Source: Candidatus Micrarchaeota archaeon (GTDB taxonomy: Archaea > Micrarchaeota > Micrarchaeia > Micrarchaeales > CABMGC01). Taken from it: a stretch of DNA of 46,974 nt. This document shows positions 40,946 through 46,974 of this stretch, one piece after another (within the stretch, counting starts at the first letter, position 1; every line of letters starts with the position of its first letter). The stretch is taken from the NCBI GenBank assembly GCA_021848095.1, contig JAJZMZ010000036.1, positions 1-46,974 on the forward strand. Reading direction: 5' to 3'. Made by a program: the position numbers and the translations under genes. The notes below the pieces were generated by a model. It was not told where the DNA came from and ran no database searches. It worked only from the letters and a program-made list of their open reading frames with translations.

Positions 40946-41659
40946 ATTCTTATTGCCGGCGGCGATGAAGCAGGCCGCGGCGCCGTTCTTGGCCCGTTAG
41001 TTATAAGCATTGTAAGTATCTCTAAAGGCAAGGAAAGTAAGTTAGCAAAGATAGGAGTTAGAGATTCTAAGATGCTTACTAAACGCAAGCGAGAGTTTCT
41101 TTTTGATGAAATATACTCAATTGCAGATGAGATAAATATATATCAAATAACTAACGGAGAAATAAATACTGCGATGTCTAATAAAATATCTTTAAATGAG
41201 TTAGAAGCACTTAACTTTGCAAAGTTAATAGACTCTATTAAAAAAACACCTGAAAAAATATTTCTTGACTCTCCTGATGTTATATCAGAAAGATTCGGGG
41301 TTCGTGTAGGTTTCTTTTCTAAAAATAAAATAATAGTTGACGGAGTTAAGTACACTCAAGAAGAACGTAAAACAAAAGACAAAATAAAAATTATATCACA
41401 ACATAAAGCAGACTCAAGATATCCAGTTGTTTCAGCTGCAAGTATAATCTCAAAAGTAACTAGGGATAGAGAAATAGAAAATATAATTGATGAAACTGGA
41501 ATTGCAATAGGCTCAGGATATCCCTCAGATTCTTACACTATTTCTGCAATAAGAGAAAACTTGGGTACAGGTTCATTGATGCCTTATTTAAGACACGAAT
41601 GGCACACAGTTAAAAACATACGCCAATTAAAAATAGAAGACTTTTTATTTAAAAAATAG
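40946..41659 (+). CDS. rnhB: Ribonuclease HII (start codon unresolved; probably non-canonical ATT at 40946)
   Basis: The frame is open from 40931 and encodes ...RILIAGGDEAGRGAVLGPLVISIV..., the catalytic N-terminal motif. This lies upstream of the first in-frame ATG at 41072. There is no in-frame ATG, GTG or TTG in 40931-41071. The SD-like AGGTGATC lies at 40936-40943. C-terminal motifs HKADSRYPVVSAASIISKV and GSGYPSD are present. Confidence 0.8.
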   Translation: MLIAGGDEAGRGAVLGPLVISIVSISKGKESKLAKIGVRDSKMLTKRKREFLFDEIYSIADEINIYQITNGEINTAMSNKISLNELEALNFAKLIDSIKKTPEKIFLDSPDVISERFGVRVGFFSKNKIIVDGVKYTQEERKTKDKIKIISQHKADSRYPVVSAASIISKVTRDREIENIIDETGIAIGSGYPSDSYTISAIRENLGTGSLMPYLRHEWHTVKNIRQLKIEDFLFKK

Positions 41660-41724
41660 TTTTGTTCTCTTAAAACCGAATTAAAACCTAATCATAACCT
41701 AATCGAATGGATACGTATTTATAA

Positions 41725-43446
41725 ATGGTATGTCATACTTTAAAAGATTCAATGAGCAAGATAGGTAAGACAAAGAAGGACATCCTTAAGATTCTCTCAA
41801 AGAAGCAACAGACCATAACTGATGTTAGCCACATTTTGAATCTTTCTCCATCTACTGTGAAGCAACACTTCGATGAGTTAGTCCGTATGGGTGCGATAGT
41901 ACAGGTTGAAAATGAGTTTATCAAAAGATGGAAATACTACAAAACAACGCCATCATTCAATATAGATAATTTCAAAAAAGAAAAAACAATGGCAAATGTT
42001 ATACCTTATGCAATAGGCTCGATAATAGTCATCGCATTAATTGGATTTTTATTTTATTCAAATATGGGTATTAATACAAACGGTTCAGTCATATCGAATC
42101 CTTCTGCATATTCATTAACTGTTCAACTTACAGATCCTCCACATGTTCCTGCAAATACTACGGCATTGATACTTAATTACACATCAATTTCAGTTAATAC
42201 GTTATCACCTAATGATACTCAAAGTTGGGTAAATATTTCAAGCTCAGGAAGTGTAGATCTGATGTCACTTATAAATACAAGTGAAATATTGGGAAATATC
42301 AAACTTAAATCTGGTTACAAATTAGAGGGAGTTGTACTTAATGCTAAAAATGCAAATATTATAATTGGAAATCAAACATACCCGGTTATCATGTTAAATA
42401 ATAAAGTGTATGCAACTGTTCCTCAAAACTCATTTATAAACTCAAACTCAAGTGTCTTAATTGACTTCTCTCCAACAGTTTCAAATATCTATACAAACAA
42501 CGCAACTGTCTTTATAATGACTCCTTCAGTGAAAGCAGTATTTTATAACAACTATAAAGACTCAACTGATGTAAAAAATGGAGTAAGACAAACTTTAACT
42601 CCTGTAGAATCTAAATCTCTATTGACACAAAACTTAAATTTATCTATACTGTCATCAAACATACTGCAAAACAATAACTCAACATCAATACAAATAACAC
42701 TTAAAAATAATGGAAATAAAACTATTGATATAAAACAAATTATGCTATCTGGGCAAATAACATCTCACATACTGTTGAATAATAAAAGCGAAATATTTAT
42801 TCATGATGTAGGTTTGAACAATAACATAAATGTAACAATACATAAACTAAACTTCAATAATAATGGACAAGATCAAATTATAGTAAAAACAATAAAAACA
42901 AAAGGAATAAACTCAAGCATAACTCAAAATACAAGTATTGAAAGTATGCCGGTTCAAGTTTTAGGAATTAAACAGTACTCATTTAGTCAAATGGAAATTC
43001 CAAATAACGTTCAAATTAACGTACCTACCGTTGTATCAGATATGCACTCAAAAATCATTCAACAAAGATACATCAATAATGACGTAAGTGAGGTAGTAAT
43101 ATCTAGATTCAATCTTTCAAATTCAGAGAGGGAAAATGCAAACATGGGACTTAATATGGTTTTCTTAAGACAATTAGTATTTTTTGTAAATAAAAATGCA
43201 TCATTAGAGATACCACAATTTTCATCCTATGCAAATGGTAATGAAGCATCTATAGGAAACTTCATAAAAAATAATACAGGATACGAACTCTCACCAGGAA
43301 GTACTGTTACATTAACATTTAATGGAAATATTACATGTGGTAATAACTTCATAAAAGGAGAGTTATTTGATAATAGCTCTTATAAAATTACTGTAATCGC
43401 TTCAAACGACATCTCATCACAAGCAAGCGTCGTTGCTAATGGTTAA
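41725..43446 (+). CDS. Membrane-anchored ArsR-type wHTH protein with large sequon-rich ectodomain (DUF4382-like N-terminal ecto-module by eye)
   Basis: The 573-aa product contains KKDILKILSKKQQTITDVSHILNLSPSTVKQHFDELVRMGAIV, a wHTH. One TM helix follows (VIPYAIGSIIVIALIGFLFY). An extracellular region of about 460 aa starts with LTVQLTDPPHVPANTTALILNYTSISV...VDLMSL. Confidence 0.8.
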   Translation: MVCHTLKDSMSKIGKTKKDILKILSKKQQTITDVSHILNLSPSTVKQHFDELVRMGAIVQVENEFIKRWKYYKTTPSFNIDNFKKEKTMANVIPYAIGSIIVIALIGFLFYSNMGINTNGSVISNPSAYSLTVQLTDPPHVPANTTALILNYTSISVNTLSPNDTQSWVNISSSGSVDLMSLINTSEILGNIKLKSGYKLEGVVLNAKNANIIIGNQTYPVIMLNNKVYATVPQNSFINSNSSVLIDFSPTVSNIYTNNATVFIMTPSVKAVFYNNYKDSTDVKNGVRQTLTPVESKSLLTQNLNLSILSSNILQNNNSTSIQITLKNNGNKTIDIKQIMLSGQITSHILLNNKSEIFIHDVGLNNNINVTIHKLNFNNNGQDQIIVKTIKTKGINSSITQNTSIESMPVQVLGIKQYSFSQMEIPNNVQINVPTVVSDMHSKIIQQRYINNDVSEVVISRFNLSNSERENANMGLNMVFLRQLVFFVNKNASLEIPQFSSYANGNEASIGNFIKNNTGYELSPGSTVTLTFNGNITCGNNFIKGELFDNSSYKITVIASNDISSQASVVANG

Positions 43447-43447
43447 T

Positions 43448-43476
43448 CCCGGTTAAACCTTTGTAGTTTAACTGGG
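43448..43476 (+). terminator. 11-bp hairpin immediately after the stop codon
   Basis: CCCGGTTAAAC (43448-43458) pairs with GTTTAACTGGG (43466-43476), with one G.U pair and a 7-nt loop. No strong T-run follows, so a role in termination is uncertain. Confidence 0.3.
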
Positions 43477-43512
43477 ACTAATCAATGTAGTTAAAAACTT
43501 ATAAGAAGAATT

Positions 43513-43603
43513 AGCCTCCGGCGAGAATCGGACTCGCGACCTTCTGCTTACCATGCAGACGCTCTCTAGTGTAAATAATTATATACCACTGAGCTACAGA
43601 GGC
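43513..43603 (-). tRNA. tRNA-Thr (anticodon GGU) with a 17-nt AT-rich insertion in the D-loop (probable non-canonical intron)
   Basis: Minus strand reads GCCTCTG-TA-GCTC-AGTGGTATATAATTATTTACACTAGA-GAGC-G-TCTGC-ATGGTAA-GCAGA-AGGTC-GCGAG-TCCGATT-CTCGC-CGGAGGC-T. The D-loop is 26 nt against the usual 8-10 nt. The anticodon corresponds to plus-strand ACC at 43550-43552. Confidence 0.8.
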
Positions 43604-43736
43604 ATGTGTTTAGTATTATGATTTAAACTTTAAATAACCTCTGTTGTTATTTCTAAAATAATATATAATTTAAGTAAATAAATAAAACATAAATACTACT
43701 TATTTTAAAGTATAAATATATTCAAGTGAGTAAAGA

Positions 43737-44774
43737 ATGAAAATTATAAGCTTTAATCAAATTTCAAAAATAATCAAGTTAGTTCCAGAATCGTATGATG
43801 ATTTGTATCTTCTTGCAATAATATTAAATCAAAATGATAAGATTGGTGCACATACTTATAGGCGATTTAAATCTTCAGAAACCGATACGGGCGAACAAAA
43901 AGAGGTTTTTATTAAATTACAACTTGAAAAAGCAGAGATAGACAAAAGTGCATGGAGATTAAGATTAACTGGGAAAATTCTTGAAGGAAAACCATTGGAG
44001 TTTGTCCGTTTAAATACTTATCATACGTTGAATATAGCTACATCTGATTTAATAGAGGTAGAAAAACCAGAGTGGAAAGATTACATCTTAAAAAGACTAA
44101 AGCAAGCAGTTGCAGATGCTAAAAAATCTAAGTTAGCTATAATTGCTTTTGATGATGAGAAGGCAACATTAGCATATGTGCGTGGTTATGGAATCGATAT
44201 AATCACTGAGCTTTACAGTAAACTTAGTAAAAAATTAAGTGAAAAAGAATTTGAAAAATTAAAGACACTGTATTTTGACAGTATTATAAAATTAATTCAA
44301 GGTTTAGATGTTAATATAGTAATATTGGCAGGACCTGGATTTACAAAAGACGATTTGAAGAAGTACATTGAAAAAAATAGTATTAAATTAGAAAAGAAGT
44401 TATTTTTTGAGTCGTGTAGCGACTCTGAGAGATCAGGAATAAGAGAGGTGCTTCAAAGTGAAACAATCTCTAAAATATTTGAAAATGAACATGTGAAAAA
44501 AGAGTTCGAGTACTTAAACATATTTTTAAGCTCGCTTCGTGTTGGCGAGTCAATTTCAGGAGTAAAAAAGGTATCCGAAGCTCTAAACTCATACTCGATA
44601 GGGGTTATTCTTGTTAATGACTCTGTAATTTGGGATAATGAAATAAAGGAATTACTAGAAATGGCTGACAAACAAGGTATTTTGATAGAAATATTTAATT
44701 CTGAAGACGAAGCAGGTAAACAACTACAGTCATTTAAGAATATAGTTGGGTTATCAAAATACTTATTGAAATAA
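43737..44774 (+). CDS. pelA: Pelota (Dom34-type mRNA surveillance / ribosome rescue factor)
   Basis: The 345-aa product has the N-terminus KLVPESYDDLYLLAIIL, central AGPGFTKDD, and an eRF1-like domain 3 at the C-terminus. Confidence 0.85.
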   Translation: MKIISFNQISKIIKLVPESYDDLYLLAIILNQNDKIGAHTYRRFKSSETDTGEQKEVFIKLQLEKAEIDKSAWRLRLTGKILEGKPLEFVRLNTYHTLNIATSDLIEVEKPEWKDYILKRLKQAVADAKKSKLAIIAFDDEKATLAYVRGYGIDIITELYSKLSKKLSEKEFEKLKTLYFDSIIKLIQGLDVNIVILAGPGFTKDDLKKYIEKNSIKLEKKLFFESCSDSERSGIREVLQSETISKIFENEHVKKEFEYLNIFLSSLRVGESISGVKKVSEALNSYSIGVILVNDSVIWDNEIKELLEMADKQGILIEIFNSEDEAGKQLQSFKNIVGLSKYLLK

Positions 44775-44790
44775 ATAATAAATTATTTAA

Positions 44791-45888
44791 TTAGGAATAA
44801 ATTCCACTTATCCGCAAAGCCTGAACACTACTTCCACAACTATTTTCTTGTACTACTGCTAATTGATAACTTCCTTGCGGTATTAAGTTACTAGATGTGT
44901 ATTCAGTAACTCCTGAAGTACTACTCCAACTAGAAGAAAAAGCAGGAACCCAACTCTGCCACTTTGAATTTTTGTAGTATACTTGTATGGCATTATTTGT
45001 ATATGTATCTATTGTTATTGTATTTGATTCATACATGTAAAATGATGTGTAGCTCATAGACAATAATGAGTTATATGGTGAAGAACATGCAATATTTTCA
45101 TTATTCAATGATGAGAGTATTCCTGGATAAGAAACAGTTGTCAATCCAAAGTAAGTATTTCCTAAATAAGCGCCATTACCAAGTGCGTATGAAAGTGTAT
45201 TTCCACTCCCAAAACCTACAAAATCACCATTTTGGACTACTGTGTAATTATAAGGCAGTAGCGGTTCTGATAACTCACTAATTGTTTGTTTATTTGAAGG
45301 TAGCTGTCCAACTATGCTTACAAATGGTGTTATCTCTTGGTTTGCCGGATAAACACTAAAAGATCCACCATAAATGCTACTATTATACATACAAGATGTT
45401 TTGTTTAAACTTGTAACTCCAGAGTTACAATAACCTAAATTTATGCTGTATACTCCAGAAGTAACCTGCGATCCGAAGTTACTGTTATTAAAAATAATTT
45501 TACACAATGATTCCTGTGCAGGATATAAGAATGAAGGAGCACAACTTCCAAATCCATTTGTTCCACTTACATTACTACTTATTTGAGTTATATTTATTGG
45601 AGTACTCTGTCCATTTTCAATTGAAAGTTGTAAAACTCCATATCCATATGTTGTATTTGGATAATACTCAACAAAGTTACATGCTACATTACTGAATGTA
45701 TTACATGTTGTATCTTGTATTGAGTTAGTATATGTTGTTAAAATAAATATCGCAAATATAGCTATTCCTAAAACTAAGAACATAAAGCCGTAAGTACTCA
45801 TAAACTCTACAGTCGCTTGGCCTTTCATGCTTCTATGTTCATTTTTTAGTTTTTTAAACGATATCTGCATTAATTTTCCTCTTAACAC
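44791..45888 (-). CDS. Archaeal type IV pilin-like / class III signal peptide surface protein
   Basis: Contains ...RSMKGQATVEFMSTYGFMFLVLGIAIFAIFIL..., that is KG/Q plus a hydrophobic helix, which is a prepilin-type signal. The remainder is S/T/N/G/Y-rich with sequons and several Cys. The real start is probably an internal Met (MQIS... or MKGQ...). Confidence 0.75.
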   Translation of the reverse strand: MLRGKLMQISFKKLKNEHRSMKGQATVEFMSTYGFMFLVLGIAIFAIFILTTYTNSIQDTTCNTFSNVACNFVEYYPNTTYGYGVLQLSIENGQSTPINITQISSNVSGTNGFGSCAPSFLYPAQESLCKIIFNNSNFGSQVTSGVYSINLGYCNSGVTSLNKTSCMYNSSIYGGSFSVYPANQEITPFVSIVGQLPSNKQTISELSEPLLPYNYTVVQNGDFVGFGSGNTLSYALGNGAYLGNTYFGLTTVSYPGILSSLNNENIACSSPYNSLLSMSYTSFYMYESNTITIDTYTNNAIQVYYKNSKWQSWVPAFSSSWSSTSGVTEYTSSNLIPQGSYQLAVVQENSCGSSVQALRISGIYS

Positions 45889-45921
45889 TTATTAGTAAGA
45901 TATATGTCTTATTATTTTTTA

Positions 45922-46971
45922 CTATTTTCTTGTAATCTTAAAATCTAAAACTATCTCTATTACTTCTGGTGAGTAGGGCCTTACTGTTCTTGAAAATACT
46001 TTTTTAAATTTAAATCCATTTTTTTCAAAGTATGTTTTTAATTCCTTTGTTAACTTCTCCAAACCTTTATTTATATCTACAAATGCATAATAATGGACAA
46101 TACAGTTATCCGAAGCTACTTTACAAACTGCATCTAAAAATGATATTGAGTCTTTAGGAAGTGGCATTATTATTCTATCCGCAAAGTTTTTGTAAAGCAA
46201 AGCTTTTTTCTTAACATCTCCACTTACCGGTGTTATATTTTTAACTTTATTCAAAGAAATATTTTCTTTCATATAGACTGCAGCTTTCTTGTTTATCTCT
46301 ATTGCTACAACAGCTGCATTTTTATTATGTATTCCTAACTCAATTGCAAAAGGACCTACCCCTGCAAACATTACCATTACATTTTCAGGTTTTTTTGAAA
46401 GCTCAGAGATTCTTTTTCTTTCATAAGCTAAACGTGTAGAAAAAAAGGTATCTCTGATATCGAACTTAAGAGTAACTCCATTTTCCTTATAATTTACAAT
46501 ATATGTCTTAATCCCAGAAACGTACTCATACTCGCGTTTTCTATACCTTCCTTTTACTGCCCCTACTTTCCTAATAACTGTTTTAATATTTGGGTTTACC
46601 TTCATTATTGAAGAAGCTATGCTTTTAGAGATACTCTTTTCACAATCTATAATTGCAATATTGCCTAAAATTTCAAAGCCTCTCGGTGCTTTTTCATACC
46701 TTTCTCCTAATTGTTTCTTTAAAAGCTCTTTATAACTTTTTTTAGAGTTCATACTCTCAAATGTCTTTTCTACCAGTTTAGCTTCAAAGTTTTTCTCTAA
46801 AATACGCAGTTCATCATTGTTCAAGGTCTTTATAGGAAAATATATAAAGTAATTACTACTAATTACATTATGATTATTGTTAAGTAGCGTACGCGCTGAA
46901 AGGTAATTTTTAACCTTTTGCGCATATTGTTTTTTTACCTTTATTCCAAGCATCAAATCAAGTGTAAACAT
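45922..46971 (-). CDS. trm5: tRNA (guanine37-N1)-methyltransferase Trm5 family (Met-10+ like; Trm5/Taw22)
   Basis: Contains FEILGNIAII and the SAM-binding MFAGVGPFAIELG, plus DRIIMPLP. The 349-aa product has the Trm5-type domain order. Confidence 0.8.
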   Translation of the reverse strand: MFTLDLMLGIKVKKQYAQKVKNYLSARTLLNNNHNVISSNYFIYFPIKTLNNDELRILEKNFEAKLVEKTFESMNSKKSYKELLKKQLGERYEKAPRGFEILGNIAIIDCEKSISKSIASSIMKVNPNIKTVIRKVGAVKGRYRKREYEYVSGIKTYIVNYKENGVTLKFDIRDTFFSTRLAYERKRISELSKKPENVMVMFAGVGPFAIELGIHNKNAAVVAIEINKKAAVYMKENISLNKVKNITPVSGDVKKKALLYKNFADRIIMPLPKDSISFLDAVCKVASDNCIVHYYAFVDINKGLEKLTKELKTYFEKNGFKFKKVFSRTVRPYSPEVIEIVLDFKITRK

Positions 46972-46974
46972 AAT

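Noticed and set aside
40512-45695. Miscellaneous antisense ORFs (40512-40790, 41143-41355, 41733-41924, 44453-44671, 45066-45281, 45507-45695). Others elsewhere are 25450-25860, 26850-27032, 27545-27748, 31429-31617, 32737-32946, 33573-33755, 33893-34087, 34756-34938 and 37819-38199.
   Set aside because: Each overlaps a longer gene on the opposite strand that has clear family motifs or coherent architecture. None has motifs or plausible translation signals of its own.
1-46974. CRISPR arrays, rRNA genes, IS elements, and diversity-generating retroelements associated with the pilin-like or surface proteins.
   Set aside because: No regularly spaced repeats were seen beyond the two-copy 14-mer at 365-394. 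There are no transposase, integrase or reverse-transcriptase-like ORFs. No long GC-enriched structured RNA segments were seen other than the four tRNAs.

Overview
The window is strongly AT-rich, gene-dense archaeal chromosome. The archaeal assignment rests on Topo VI-B, aIF2-gamma, Cdc48, Pelota, Trm5, RNase P Rpp29 and the r-proteins eS4, eS6, eS26, eL19, eL32 and eL40. Small genes, a fragmented ribosomal operon, D-loop insertions in two of four tRNAs, and many heavily sequon-rich surface proteins fit a small-genome, possibly DPANN-like (or TACK-related) archaeon. Taxonomy cannot be settled from this window.

Layout:
- 1-303: 5' part of a type IV pilin-like gene on the minus strand.
- 457-6263: a truncated spc-type ribosomal operon, running Rpp29-S17-L14-L24-S4e-L5-S14-S8-L6-L32e-L19e-L18-S5.
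- 6371-6441: tRNA-His.
- 6507-22441: a tightly packed, co-directional 14-gene cluster with no housekeeping identity (details below).
- 22496-46971: mixed housekeeping genes. These are top6B, a KH/Dim2-like protein, a DHH phosphoesterase, aIF2-gamma, S6e, Cdc48, L40e, glutamate dehydrogenase, S26e, a PAC2 chaperone, RNase HII, Pelota and Trm5. Interspersed are tRNA-Pro, tRNA-Leu, tRNA-Thr, several small wHTH proteins, sequon-rich surface proteins and a second pilin-like gene.

The 14-gene cluster is the main candidate for a novel system. It encodes a bitopic coiled-coil protein and six tandem paralogous polytopic membrane proteins that share a signature motif. These are followed by two paralogous 2-TM plus soluble-domain proteins and a HerA/VirB4-type P-loop ATPase. 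It ends with a small helical-repeat protein, a zinc-ribbon membrane protein, a coiled-coil wHTH protein and a 786-aa bitopic surface protein. I interpret it by architecture only, without profile searches, as a divergent T4SS/Ced-like cell-envelope translocation apparatus.

No rRNA, CRISPR array, transposase or integrase was seen.
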